Notes under the pieces: model-generated
What the model saw: the letters and a program-made list of their open reading frames with translations, nothing else
The model's database searches: none
What the model was told of the DNA's origin: nothing
Part shown: positions 39,001 through 49,657 of the stretch, in pieces
How the letters are laid out: every line of letters begins with the position of its first letter
Position numbering within the stretch: position 1 is the stretch's first letter
Made by a program: the position numbers and the translations under genes
DNA from: Pecten maximus
Taxonomy: Eukaryota
Assembly: GCF_902652985.1 (NCBI RefSeq)
Contig: NC_047019.1
Location: forward strand, 33,108,001 to 33,172,000
Length of the DNA stretch: 64,000 nucleotides
Reading direction: 5' to 3'

Positions 39001-42000
39001 GAAGATGCAGTATCCTGAACTAAAATACATGTATATGAGGTACCTTGAGCCAGGAAAGTGCCCAATCACATGCTGAAACAAGCATGGGAAGAGGTGGCAG
39101 GTGTCGATGGGTGGCATCATGTCGCAGTTCTACAATCCACTCAGGCACACCAACCTTTACAATAAATCAACCTTTACAATAAATCAAAGTGTAACATCAG
39201 TTCTACAATCCACCCAGGCACACCAACCTTTACAATAAATCAACCTTTACAATAAATCAAAGTGTAACATCAGTTCTACAATCCACCCAGGCACACCAAC
39301 CTTTACAATAAATCAAAGTGTAACATCAGTTCTACAATCCACTCAGGCACACCAACCTTTACAATAAATCAACCTTTACAATAAATCAAAGTGTAACATC
39401 AGTTCTACAATCCACCCAGGCACACCAACCTTTACAATAAATCAAAGTGTAACATCAGTTCTACAATCCACCCAGGCAAACCAACCTTTACAATAAATCA
39501 AAGTGTAACATCAGTTCTACAATCCACCCAGGCACACCAACCTTTACAAATAAATCAAAGTGTTACATCAGTTCTACAATCCACTCAGGCACACCAACCT
39601 TTACAATAAACCAACCTATAAAATAAATCAAAGTGTAACATCAGTTCTACAATCCACTCAGGCACACCAACCTTTACAATAAATCAAAGTGTAACATCAG
39701 TTCTACAATCCACTCAGGCACACCAACCTTTACAATAAATCAAAGTGTATCATCAGTTCTGCAATCCACTCAGGCACACCAACCTTTACAATAAATCAAA
39801 GTGTAACATCAGCTCTACAATCCACTCAGGCACACCAACCTTTACAATAAATCAAAGTGTAACATCAGTTCTACAATCCACTCAGGCACACCAACCTTTA
39901 CAATAAACCAACCTTTACAATAAATCAAAGTGTAACATCAGTTCTACAATCCACCCAGGCACACCAACCTTTACAATAAACCAACCTTTACAATAAATCA
40001 AAGTGTAACATCAGTTCTACAATCCACCCAGGCAAACCAACCTTTACAATAAATCAAAGTGTAACATCAGTTCTACAATCCACCCAGGCACACCAACCTT
40101 TACAAATAAATCAAAGTGTTACATCAGTTCTACAATCCACTCAGGCACACCAACCTTTACAATAAACCAACCTATAAAATAAATCAAAGTGTAACATCAG
40201 TTCTACAATCCACTCAGGCACACCAACCTTTACAATAAATCAAAGTGTAACATCAGTTCTACAATCCACTCAGGCACACCAACCTTTACAATAAATCAAA
40301 GTGTATCATCAGTTCTGCAATCCACTCAGGCACACCAACCTTTACAATAAATCAAAGTGTAACATCAGCTCTACAATCCACTCAGGCACACCAACCTTTA
40401 CAATAAATCAAAGTGTAACATCAGTTCTACAATCCACTCAGGCACACCAACCTTTACAATAAACCAACCTTTACAATAAATCAAAGTGTAACATCAGTTC
40501 TACAATCCACCCAGGCACACCAACCTTTACAATAAACCAACCTTTACAATAAATCAAAGTGTAACATCAGTTCTACAATCCACCCAGGCACACCAACCTT
40601 TACAATAAATCAAAGTGTTACATCAGTTCTACAATCCACCCAGGCACACCAACCTTTACAATAAACCAACCTTTACAATAAATCAAAGTCTTACATAAGA
40701 ATGACAATGTTAAATACAGTGGAACTTCGTTAACTGGAACTCAACGGGGCCACAAGAAAACTTTGAGTTATCTGAGTGTTCGAATTAAGCAAGTTGTCAT
40801 TTTTGGTGCAAAGTTTGGTCAATATTTGTCAACATTATATAATCATTATAACTCCGCTCTGTCGCTCATCAGTTAAGTGTAAAGACTGTTCAATACATGT
40901 AAATATGTAATATTTCGTTCTGTCACTCGTAGTTTGGTGTAGTTTTGCTGATATACAGTCTCGATAAAGTTTCTTTCGCTTAGTCAATTCAATAACGATC
41001 TGATGTAAATAACATATGTGTGTATGTCATGTTTGCAAAAGGAATAACGATAAAATGGAATTCAACCGAATAACAATTTATTAATGTTATATCAAATAAC
41101 TGTTTAAATTTAACACAGATTATATGTAAAACGTAACAGAACCATTACCTTATATTGGACATATAAAATACTGTTTGATAGTCCTACCTACGTTTTACCG
41201 ACAACCACGCCATTTCTATGTGTATTAGCACAGGAAGTTGGGCTGTGCATGTGCGTATAAAATGTTACTGTTACTGAGTTGGTGTGTTATCCGATTTAAT
41301 AGACAGCGCTGACCGTTACAGTCATACTCTGAACACCTCAGCAGTTATTAGGCTATTGTTTCAGCAGTTTAAATATCTAATAGGCACCAGTGACTGTTTC
41401 ATTTCTACACCTGTAAAAACATCAGCCGAGTAGATCTACCGGTGTGTCAGAGATTAGTTCCGCTTAAGAGAGCGGGTAGATGAGTTGTTGCTATCATGTG
41501 TACTATTATCGGCGACCACCTTAGGAAATTACCTGATATAAGTAAACAGTACTTTTTATCACCGACAGTTATTGTTATAAGATTCCACCGATTTCTGGAT
41601 ATCTGTCCGTGACTGTTATATACACAGACTGGATATCTGTCCGTGACTGATATAATAGGTACAGATCGGTCAGGTGTATCCCCTTACCTTGCTAGCCAGC
41701 ACATGGACAGGCTGGGCATACTCCCCTATCTGTCTTTTTTCAGTTATGTGATTGACAAATCTGCAAAGAAATCAAAGTTTAATCCAACCTATCTGTTACT
41801 GATATAAGCAATGGATGCATGTTTGACATTTGAAGGGTTACTATTTGATCCAAAAACTTTAGTTTCTATCAAAAATAGAATGAAAAACTAAATATGAAGC
41901 TGCCAGTGAAAAATCTGACCAGAAACTTTTTGTTTTTCTTTCTTGTTTTCCTCAATCAAAGTAAGGGTCATCATGTAAATATAATATTCTATTACATATT

Positions 42001-45000
42001 TGTTTATGTTAACTGTAGTGTGTGTACCTTAAGTGTCAGGTTAACTGTGTGTACTGTACCTGATAAGTGCCAGGTTAACTGTATGTACCTGATAAGTGTC
42101 AGGTTATCTGTGTACCTGATAAGTGCCAGGTTAACTGTATGTACCTGATAAGTGTCAGGTTATCTGTGTACCTGATAAGTGCCAGGTTAACTGTATGTAC
42201 CTGATAAGTGTCAGGTTATCTGTGTACCTGATAAGTGTCAGGTTAACTGTGTGTACCTGATAAGTGTCAGGTTAACTGTGTGTACCTGATAAGTGTCAGG
42301 TTAACTGTGTGTACCTGATAAGTGTCATTATCTGTGTGTACTCGATAAGTGTCAGGTTAACTGTGTGTACCTGGTAAGTGTCAGGTTATATGTGTGTACC
42401 TGATAAATGTCAGGTTATCTGTGTGTACCTGGTAAGCATCAGGTTAACTGTGTGTACCAGATAAGTACCAGGTTAACTGTGTACCTGATAAGTACCAGGT
42501 TAACTGTGTGTACCTGATAAGTACCAGGTTAACTGTGTGTACCTGATATGTGCCAGGTTAACTGTGTGTACCTGATAAGTGTCAGGTTAACTGTGTGTAC
42601 CTGATAAGTGTAAGGTTAAGTGTGTACCTGATAAGTGCCAGGTTAACTGTGTACCTGATAAGTGTCAGGTTAATTGTGTGTATCTGATAAGTGCCAGGTT
42701 AACTGTGTACCTGATAAGTGCCAGGTTAACTGTGTACTTGATACATGTAAGTGCCAGAGTAACTATATGTACCTGATAAGTGCCAGGTTAACTGTGTGTA
42801 CCGGATATGTGTCAGGTTAACTGTGTACCTTATAAGTTTTAAGTTTATTATGTACCTGATAAGTGCCAGGCTGTATGAAGAGCGTATCTCATTATCTTGT
42901 TGCCGATCTTGTTTTGACTGAACTGCCTTCTGGTGATAAAGCTTGGCATGAACGATGGCTGCTGTGCTGTCAATGGCTACTGGAATTTTGTGTAAAGCCC
43001 TAGGAGAAAGAAAAAGTTCAACTTTAAACTAATACTACATCAGCAAATATGTTCAATGTTGTTAGATCTCAAAATGCATGGGAATATTATATACAACCTG
43101 GAGAATACATGTATTAAATGAGATGATACTGCTTCTACCTTTTTCGACATAACCATTTGACTTTCTGACCTTGAAATTTTAGTTTTCAATAATTTCATTT
43201 ATTACATGAAGGTGCAACATAAATGAATAAATATCCTAGCAAATATTTTCAACTACTGAGAGTTAAAAAAATGAATGTAATAATTTCCTTTTTTGTTCGT
43301 TTGTTTGATGAACCTTTCACATTTCAGAGTTGTTGCAATACACAACTACAGAATTGCAGTCACCTGCTTCTCCAGACATCAATCCTCCCAACAGCATGTG
43401 TCTGTAGCTGGGAATTATCACCAAAAATCTCATTGTAGACACACTCAAACTCGTTCCTACAAAAACAAAAAATATATTTATTAACTAAAAGTTCATGCTG
43501 CAACCATTGATGTATGATGCATTTCTGTAATAAACACATTTGGTGGAAATTTCAAATGCTTTCATATTACACCAACAGCATTAGAGGATTACTTGGGACA
43601 GTCGACCTGTAACATCGCAGCTGGCACAGTAATGTCAGATAATAAATCAGATGAGCAGTAGATTTTATGTCAAATAAGTAGAGTATCATCATTTACTTTG
43701 TAACAGAAAAAAATTGCGGAAAATCTCATTTAACAAATTGCTGCCTTGCTGGGCGTGCAAAATTTTGTATATCTTTTTTTTGTGCTTATTTTTTTGAAAC
43801 AATGAAATATATCTTTAAACCTTGAAAAATGTGAACTTTACAACAACTGATGCTCCTTTTCGACATTTTCCAAGTCCTTTTCGGCTATTCTGCCACTTTT
43901 GGACACTTTGCTTTTACCAATACTGTTATTTATCCGGAGATGAAATCTAGCAAATGGTGGAGTTATACATGTACATGAGATAAACCACTAGATAACTTAT
44001 CTATCCTTATCCACTATAGCCTCTTCTGACTGTGTATTGACACCAACACACTAGAATGGATATTCATACCCTGCCTATATTACTCTCCAATGACCATCTG
44101 TCAGAAATGGTCAATCCGTCGTCCAGAGCTGTATCATTTATTTCTCGCAGTTATGAGTTTTAATCGCTGTTTAATTTTGAAACAGTTGATTTCACTCTGT
44201 GACATTAATTTTTTTCCTCGCTTGACATTTGGACAAGTGATCTCAGAATTTTAATAGTTTGACCCTGAATTTACTAGTCCAAATGAATTGGACTACTAAC
44301 TTCTGGAACCAAATCTCATTCATTGAAATGAAATGAATGCACTATTTTACAATAGGATTTACATTGTGCAAAATACAATTAATTATTTTTCCATTATTTT
44401 GAGGAAAATTAATATGTATACCCTAGAAAGAGATTAATTCCTTTACTTTTAAAGTCACCACAATGCCTACTTGGAAAATGTAAATGGATGTTGTTTTGTG
44501 TAAGAATTTTTTATATATTATGTAGTGATGTGTCGATGATCGGGAATGATCGATTAACGGTTGATTATTGTCAACCGTTTACGATCATCGATCATGTTTT
44601 GTATAATCGATTAATCGAGTCCCTATGTTTATATACATATGCCATCAGAATTTTTATTGTAATTGTTAACTAATTATATTTCTTAAGACACTATTCAGTT
44701 AAAATTCAATATTCTTTATTCACATGAGTATGGCATCTTTAGCTCTAATCTTTAAGCCCCTCAGTCTTGAAAAATCATTGAGGCAATGTAGTTGTCTAGT
44801 TGATACTCATAGGAGTCATAGCTCAGTGAACCATGATATTACTGAAATATATTTTTTTAAATGTATATACACGCTGTATGTTACATCAAAACAAAACAAA
44901 ACGATAATAAGTGTTAACTTACAAGCTGCAATCATGTGTGTATTTTCTTGTCATAATAAACTTGTAAAGTTTTATAATCACTAGTTTGTTAATTTTAATT

Positions 45001-46179
45001 TCAATAGGATGTTTTAATGGCATTATACATTCTTTGACACATAGATATAAATAGCAAATGAATAAGTAAGTGTCAGTTGCCTTCTCTGGCTCAATTTTGT
45101 TTGCATTTTTAATTTCAAACAGACTAATCAATAACAACCGATAATAATCGTATAATCGGTTACAGAGATCATCCGATTACAACCGATCATCGGTTGCCGT
45201 GTTCAACCGATTACCCAACACTAATATTATGATAAAATATAAATTATTTGCACAAAATTGTTGAAAATGTTTACAGTAAGTCAGTTATGAGGTAATACAA
45301 AACAACTTCAGTCATTGTCAACTACCAACATTATTTCTAAAACAACAGAAAGCTGTGATTATAAGTGGGATTAGGCCTACTCTCACCATAATGGCTTAGA
45401 CGATTCTCACACTTGTAACATCGCGGCCGGAATCTTATGATAGTGACAAACAGCCTGGGCGTTGATTGGCTATTGACAGACAGGTAAAATCAGCCAGTTT
45501 TGACAACTTACATCTCGGGACAGAGAAGGCAGTTTTCAATTAATTTTTTTCGATAGCTTCTGATGTTCAAGCTTATAAAGCTGTGGTTAAGATATCAAAA
45601 CTCATTCAGGCTACACTTTAATACTGCCGGTAAAGTTGACAATAAGTATATCAAAGTTGTCTTAGACCGACGGTCTACATGTAATATATTGACATGTACT
45701 ACATGTATAGTCTAATCACATGGGCACGTCTAGTTTGACATTATAAAAATAGTCAGAAATACCTACGTATTTATTTAAATAGCTATTTTTTGTAAACAGC
45801 TAATAGTAAAGTGTAGCGGAACTGGACCGGATCGATCGTCCTACTACAAAATGTAAATCTAGACATAACCCTGTGGTCTGGTACTACATATATACTCCAA
45901 CAATGTTACAGTTTGACATGTCACAGTAACGTCAGACAATAAATCGGCTTATCAGCGGCCTCTTGTGTTATAGTAATAAGCATGCAGTGATCAGCTTTTT
46001 GGCTAGCAGGTGATGTCGCAGTTCGTGGCAAGGATACGATTTTAGTACATATGAATCTATTTGTATATCGGTTATCGAAATTGTCAGTATCAGAGACATG
46101 GGTACTATATACACAGTAAATATCCTGTATTTTACCTGTTTTTCCACGGCACAACTCTTCTTTTGGTGTGATCACTCAT
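24048..46179 (-). CDS. LAS1L: LAS1L ribosome-biogenesis HEPN endoribonuclease, 13 coding exons, ~583 aa
   Basis: Exons in transcript order: 46136-46179, 43364-43456, 42856-42999, 41688-41760, 39044-39154, 38389-38514, 37687-37751, 36942-37027, 34521-34718, 34101-34224, 33158-33528, 25052-25156, 24048-24259. All introns are GT-AG with consistent phases; total 1752 nt. Las1 hallmarks: RVVPW, WRSR...PVAIDSTA, YSLALIRFVN, GVPEWIVELRHDATH (HEPN RHxxxH), WLKNEFW, EDGFMIPTREQL, FWKPVL and C-terminal WQ...VDWSQIPIGILPGQ. Confidence 0.93.
24290..24822. repeat. Degenerate intronic tandem repeat
   Basis: Recurring gagctaacactgaacttcagtgtcacc and ttagcttgtatacattaa modules just inside the last LAS1L intron. 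Confidence 0.85.
25351..25680 (+). mobile_element. Truncated HINE-like fragment with a tandemly repeated 5' end
   Basis: caagaaacc.atgggccttaatcgtcgcctagg occurs twice at a ~59-bp period with a diverged third copy, followed by ccctccccaggggcaaac.tgagaccccagggtcatgaaattcaca shared with the 6102 family. Confidence 0.65.
25777..26590 (+). repeat. 5' LTR
   Basis: tgtaacgg...gtcaca; direct repeat of 31839-32652 at an offset of 6062; TATAAATA at 25917-25924. Confidence 0.97.
26597..26614 (+). promoter_or_regulatory. Primer-binding site, tRNA-Leu
   Basis: TGGTGGCAGCGGTGGGAT is complementary to the 3' end of tRNA-Leu(AAG/TAG), ...ATCCCACCGCTGCCACCA, and lies 6 nt after the LTR. Confidence 0.85.
26711..31657 (+). 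CDS. Gag-Pol polyprotein (single uninterrupted ORF, 1648 aa from the ATG)
   Basis: Capsid-like region (KPATYDGSGSWRDY), CCHC knuckle CYYCNKEGHIKRNC, protease LLDTGA, RT YLDD, RNase H DTDAS/TDH, integrase HHCC plus DDE (DIL, SDQG, GMVERFN) and GPF module. Confidence 0.97.
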   Translation: MAEGGYDSKAVEAEIEKLRGELSQILDSGVATNTALTTSTPYGPRTGDGCRQDMDNSGSGRKDYTDYYSSPNFGNYDRDGARAGQYDKEMYQGVGPAPQDSYRNNSPSRGYRVEQRTDTGRKTVNIKPATYDGSGSWRDYQSHFEACASINQWTMEQKGLFLAVSLRGQAQGVLGNLPDDRQQHYSVLIKSLEDRFAPPHQTELYRAQLRSKRQKAGETLPELGQTIRRLTTLAYSTAPADVLETLAKEQFIDALSDGDSRIRIKQCRPKTLNEAVQLAVELETFKRAEKRKDDGTGFLRQTLTENNENEDSTAGSELKSMIKTLTEQMESLQKDVSNLKSGTASGERKRPRKENGGTKGTQTFRCYYCNKEGHIKRNCPKLKKNSNKQVPATTSDSDDARPVGAASCTKEAGMFINVSIQGSKANLLLDTGATVTLISTSLYEKMMARPALHQVSQTIITASGEPLDVKGKGRFSLNFGNNERMTDAVVAKINVDGILGLDFLMDNRCSVDMDKSQMMMDGVIVPTQFRGKVGCYRVSVTSKVELPARSELIIPGRIIVPDGTLEPTNDLVLEASESFLKSDRALVARSLVKYQPTVPIRILNTADTPQTIYPGTCVAKATEGECLQQKTGPEEMDEQRPDIKQLLERSKTHLSAEETSQAEELLFRYRGVFAATNADFGRTDKVKHQIDTGIARPLKQPMRRIPVHQSEEVDKHVEDMLEKGVIEHSTSPWSSGVVLVKKKDGTTRFCVDYRRLNDVTVKDAYPLPRIDDSLDKLAGCHWFSTLDLCSGYWQVAMDPRDKPKTAFTTRKGLFQFRVMPFGLCCAPATFERLMESVLAGLQWDICLVYLDDVIVLGKTFNEMLLNLERVFDRFQAAGLKLKTKKCHLFAKRVEFLGHIISDKGVETDPKKTEIVKKWPEPSSVTELRSFLGLCSYYRRFIENFAGIAKCLHKLTEKGKAFDWSKECQDAFDTLKNRLVTAPILAHPHFDKEFILDTDASNNALGAVLSQRVDGKEMVLAYASRTLTKSERRYCVTRKELLAVVHFVKYFRHYLYGRTFLVRTDHSSLRWLLNFKDPEGQLARWLEVLSTYDMRIEHRRGVHHGNADALSRIPCKQCGYRSDWEKQSRGVVNTAVAANSKNIGPQSSETSSVIQQRQASDKDLCVVIEWLKDGKKPSFEDIQNQNFVIKSLWSQWNQLVLDKGVLYRRWVSDKSNTTLQAVVPLGERRDILQQYHDGRTAGHLGVRKTLCKIRQGYYWPGLQGDTRRYVAGCEICTRRKNPVRKNRAPMQIVQSGFPMERIAVDILTDLPETGNGNRHVLVVGDYYTKWMECFAMPNMETTTIATLIVEEVISRFGMPYAIHSDQGAQFESRLFAEMCQLLGTRKTRTSPYHPQSDGMVERFNKTLVTMLSAFVNEHHTDWDEMLPYVTMAYRSVEQETTGCTPNYLMLGREVTTPLDIQYEMPVDDKSIPQNEWVWTLQERMEEAHRFVRLHTDGEMRRQKKYHDQKAYWNQYKPNDSVFVFFPRVKPGKSRKLTSMWQGPFKVMGKCTDVTYKIPCGYRGKPQVIHVDRMRRHRSQVLRGEEKVETSKHQADEAGLELSEHKIVPECQDLAEDTDVDTAVDSGLGPEHGRPRRSRHPPSWHRDFVV
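31839..32652 (+). repeat. 3' LTR
   Basis: Direct repeat of the 5' LTR; the ORF translations within both copies are identical. Confidence 0.97.
32653..33152. repeat. 24-bp minisatellite (~21 copies) next to the exon 11 donor
   Basis: Unit ctatacaggaatactgtaatgtta. The remainder of its terminal unit (aatgttactat) sits on the far side of the LTR element. Confidence 0.96.
33655..34080. repeat. Degenerate ~50-55-bp intronic tandem repeat
   Basis: Recurring tacctctctataatg.cct..tgttgtagttttctata.agtgccca. Confidence 0.8.
35044..35940. repeat. 28-bp minisatellite in inverted (fold-back) arrangement
   Basis: caaagatacccaagctcaccaaggtata runs forward at ~35053-35425, reverse-complemented at ~35426-35497, briefly forward at ~35499-35529, then reverse at ~35530-35940. 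Confidence 0.95.
36138..36840 (-). mobile_element. HINE-like element in reverse orientation
   Basis: Inverted repeat tcccctgc (36143-36150) / gcagggga (36795-36802), (gtcc)(gtct)n microsatellite, and two to three ~150-bp internal units containing ggacaactcct.ctaaa, related to the 18263 family. Confidence 0.75.
39126..40695. repeat. ~56-bp minisatellite made of the LAS1L exon 5 acceptor plus the first 30 coding nt
   Basis: Minus-strand unit atgttacactttgatttattgtaaag|GTTGGTGTGCCTGAGTGGATTGTAGAACTG, ~26 copies, some carrying an extra 17-nt acceptor duplication. Confidence 0.96.
40718..40800 (+). mobile_element. Tc1/mariner (pogo-like) MITE terminus, other end not found
   Basis: TA followed by CAGTGGAACTTCGTTAACTGGAACTC. 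A related opposite-orientation terminus (gagttaacgagatttgactgta) occurs at ~7822-7843. Confidence 0.4.
42008..42870. repeat. ~27-29-bp minisatellite made of the LAS1L exon 3 3' end plus donor
   Basis: Minus-strand unit CCTG(G/A)CACTTATCAG|gtacacacagttaa, ~30 copies, contiguous with the real donor at 42855. Confidence 0.95.
44523..45223. mobile_element. Non-autonomous hAT-type MITE in LAS1L intron 1
   Basis: Termini TAGTGATG...CAACACTA, perfect 8-bp TSD ATATTATG (44515-44522 / 45224-45231), and clustered ATCG/AACCGAT subterminal motifs. Confidence 0.88.
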
Positions 46180-46189
46180 TTCTGAAGCG

Positions 46190-46285
46190 ATCACACGTGT
46201 GTATGTGTATGTGGATTTAGTACGGAAGTTTTGAAGAAGCGACAGTATTAGGTTCGTAGCTGGACAAAACTTCCGGATTTATCAC
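46190..46285 (-). promoter_or_regulatory. Putative LAS1L promoter / 5' region
   Basis: E-box CACGTG at ~46194-46199 and ETS-like motifs (CGGAAGT ~46223, ACTTCCGG ~46269) immediately upstream of the start codon. Confidence 0.4.
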
Positions 46286-46756
46286 GACACTGCATTATAA
46301 TTAATTGTTTGGGTGCGAAATAGACATACATGCATATATGTCTTAAGAGGAATCATAACTTGCTTAAAAACAACAACAACAAAATTCGTAGCTATTGTAC
46401 TGAAAATAATTAATAAATTGAACACTGCATACATACATGTATCAATTTCACGGTACTCATTATAATGTCACAGATGTTGTTAGAGCGTGTTTTATGTTTT
46501 TTTTTCTTATATTTTCAAGGTTTAAGTGGAAAGTGTAATTTTATTTTCGTTTTTGTGTAGATTTTTTTCTCGAAATTTCTTTCGAAATTCACATCATCAT
46601 AATATATCAATATAGCATGCCTCACCAATACACCAATACATACATTCCTTTCAGTTTGATTTTGGAAAGTCAAAAGGAACCCGTAATCTACTATCTTATC
46701 TTACACTACATGTGTACCCAGGTCGGCATGCCACAAGAAAACTCATTTTCCTCAAT

Positions 46757-46794
<38 letters not shown>

Positions 46795-47509
46795 CCCCCT
46801 TTTTTTTTTCTTTTTTTTATTATTTCATTAAACCTTTTCAAAATGTGTGTGTGCGCATGTGTGCATTTTTTCTTTGTCATCTGCGTTCACCATCTTATTA
46901 AGATTGTTCGCAATTTTTAACCAGTTTAATACATGCTCTGTGTATCTTCTTACTCTGGTGAACTTTCAAAAATTGCATATCAAGAAAATATTGTCATTAG
47001 CAAAAAGTCGCAAAGTCATAAATAAGGCGACCTTGAAACACAATACCTCTCATGGAAACCATATTTTTGTTTCTCACTTAAAGGGAATCAAATATTTAAC
47101 TTTTGTTTGTTTGTTTGTTTTTGTTTAACGTCCTATTGACCTAGGGTCAAATATTTAACATTTCAAAATATTTAGCTGACTTTTTAATATTTACCAAGAG
47201 GTCCAGTGACCTGATACTGCCCCAGTAATTGCTAGTATTAACAATGATTTCTAAGAATAGCAACGGTGACCTTGACCCAACAACCTTGAAAATCGAACCT
47301 TTCCGAGATATCACTGGTATCTGTAATTGAAGTTTCAGCATATATTATATACTAATAATACTTTTGTACTAAAATACTGAAAAGTTTGAAAGAAATATGC
47401 GGGTTGATTAATTTTGAAACTCCAACTTTCTCCATTACCTTGTAACATAATATAGTTTATTAAAACATTCTAGAAGGTATATTTATGTTTCTAGTCTCAA
47501 AGAAATGTT

Positions 47510-47789
47510 AAGTCCTGATGACCTTCGTATGTAGTACCCTATCACTTAGTAACCCGGTGAAATGTCAAGTCCTGGTGACATTTGTAGGTATTACCCTATC
47601 ACTTAGTAACCCGGTGAAATGTCAAGTCCTGGTGACATTTGTAGGTATTACCCTATCACTTAGTAACCCGGTGAAATGTCAAGTCCTGGTGACATTTGTA
47701 GGTATTACCCTATCACTTAGTAACCCGGTGAAATGTCAAGTCCTGGTGACATTTGTAGGTATTACCATATCACTTAGTAACCCGGTGAA
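47510..47789. repeat. 57-bp tandem repeat x5
   Basis: Unit aagtcctggtgacatttgtaggtattaccctatcacttagtaacccggtgaaatgtc. Confidence 0.95.
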
Positions 47790-49657
47790 CTATGACTTTA
47801 AATGCTATAGCTCTGTCTTTCATCGTGATATCACGTCTAACATTACGTTTTAGTTACAGTCACTCACTGTGACAAATTATCTCCAGTTCATTGTAATTTT
47901 ATCAGATATTTTTGTGAGGACACATTAAACCCAATAAACCAAAAGAGCGAAACTCCAAGATCAGTCACAACACCAGTACAGCTAACATGAAAGTTATTCC
48001 AAAGGATTGTACAAACTGTTGAAGGACAAATTTACCTACGGATTTAATCCATTAAACTGCATTTGAAGACTTTTCTCGTAATCTTTTATTTCAGAAAATA
48101 ACCGTTGCATACTGTAAACATTGACATCAGTCCCAAGTCAAGCCTCTTTTATACCGTCTGTTATATATATATTGTATTTCACTATTTCTTAACTACATGA
48201 ACCTGTCTATTTTAGTATCATATTCAAGGCGATATCGACAGTGCGTGATTAACATTTCTTTCCAATTTACTACCCCAAACGAAATGTTTCCAAGTAAAGA
48301 ATATATATATCAAAAGTTATATCACAAAATATCCCCTTTGATCTCCTATATTGTTCCCCTGACAACATTTCATGTCGCGTCTGAGTTCATATCAATATGT
48401 CATTGATCAGAAACACGTACTAAAGTATTTAATGTTTCAAAAATTACTGGATGTCACAATTTTACAAAACATTGATTAAGGCTTATTTTGATTTGTGTTT
48501 CCTTTGCCTTCTCTTGTCGATTTCACTTCGGGGCTTACATCACTGATTGGTTCTTAGACAGAGTAGTAATATCACACAGCATTAGTATTTGGCATATCTT
48601 TACACCATTCACTATAGGGCATTTCTTTCTTTGATTAAAGAGTTATGACGTACATGTTACAAAATTCCTCTGATTCATACCCTTTAAGAACTCTTTCTAT
48701 TGACATTTAAAACAATCGTCAGCATCATAATGTCTTTCCTGTGGTTAATTAAGAAAAGTAGCTTGTGCTAAATATATATATAATGATGCAACGATCCATA
48801 TATATCAGTAGGTAAAACACGTTTGTGTGCCTATCAGACCCAGAACCCTCGCCATTCACACTATTTTGTAGTTGAGCATGTTTTAAATGTACATATTCAT
48901 TCACAGGGAACTATATGATGTTAGAATCGATATGGTACAGTGCTATCAAACTGAAATCAGACGTGAGTGGCGTTTTTGTGTTCCTGTAAGATATGTCATG
49001 TTTACTGACCCACCTGCTCGAGTATTGAGATGGGTTTACCACCCAGGCTGGGCACGAGACGGAGTCACGAGAAATGTGTTATCATACTGATAATAAGTGT
49101 CAACGTAAAATCACGATGATAGTAGCCGTGCATGATCACGCTTGTCACGTTCTGCTCAAATCAATGATCAGATTCATTTTGCTTAATTGTTATCAATATT
49201 ACATGAAAACCGTGCCTCATTCATTGTCTGGGTTTTAATTGTACATATAGTGATATTATCGCCTTCTAGCTTCGCGCTAGGGGGAATTTCCCTTAAAATA
49301 GCTCAGTCGGTACCACTTGTAAACAAAATGTATCTTACAACACACACTATGCATTTGTGGCACTGTAAGATGACATGCAATTTACCGATTTGATATAAAC
49401 TTTTATTTATTCCATTAGATATGCACATAATACAAAAATTAATTGAACATCATTATTTAAACACCATTCTCGTTTTCATCCATTCCATTTTATCCGTGTA
49501 AGTGTAAATCAGTATTTATAGCATAAAACGTTATATGATAACGACATATTGATGTCATAATATCTAAACGAAAACACAACTCTAAAAAATAATTGATTTT
49601 CAGCGATTCCTGTTGTTCATTGCTTTATAACCATGCTGTTTTCCCAAGTTGTCGCGG

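Noticed and set aside
46758-46820. Long poly-C/poly-G runs (also ~11805-11825 and ~50684-50704) and the resulting poly-Pro/poly-Gly ORFs
   Set aside because: They are homopolymers of uncertain sequencing accuracy with no coding support.
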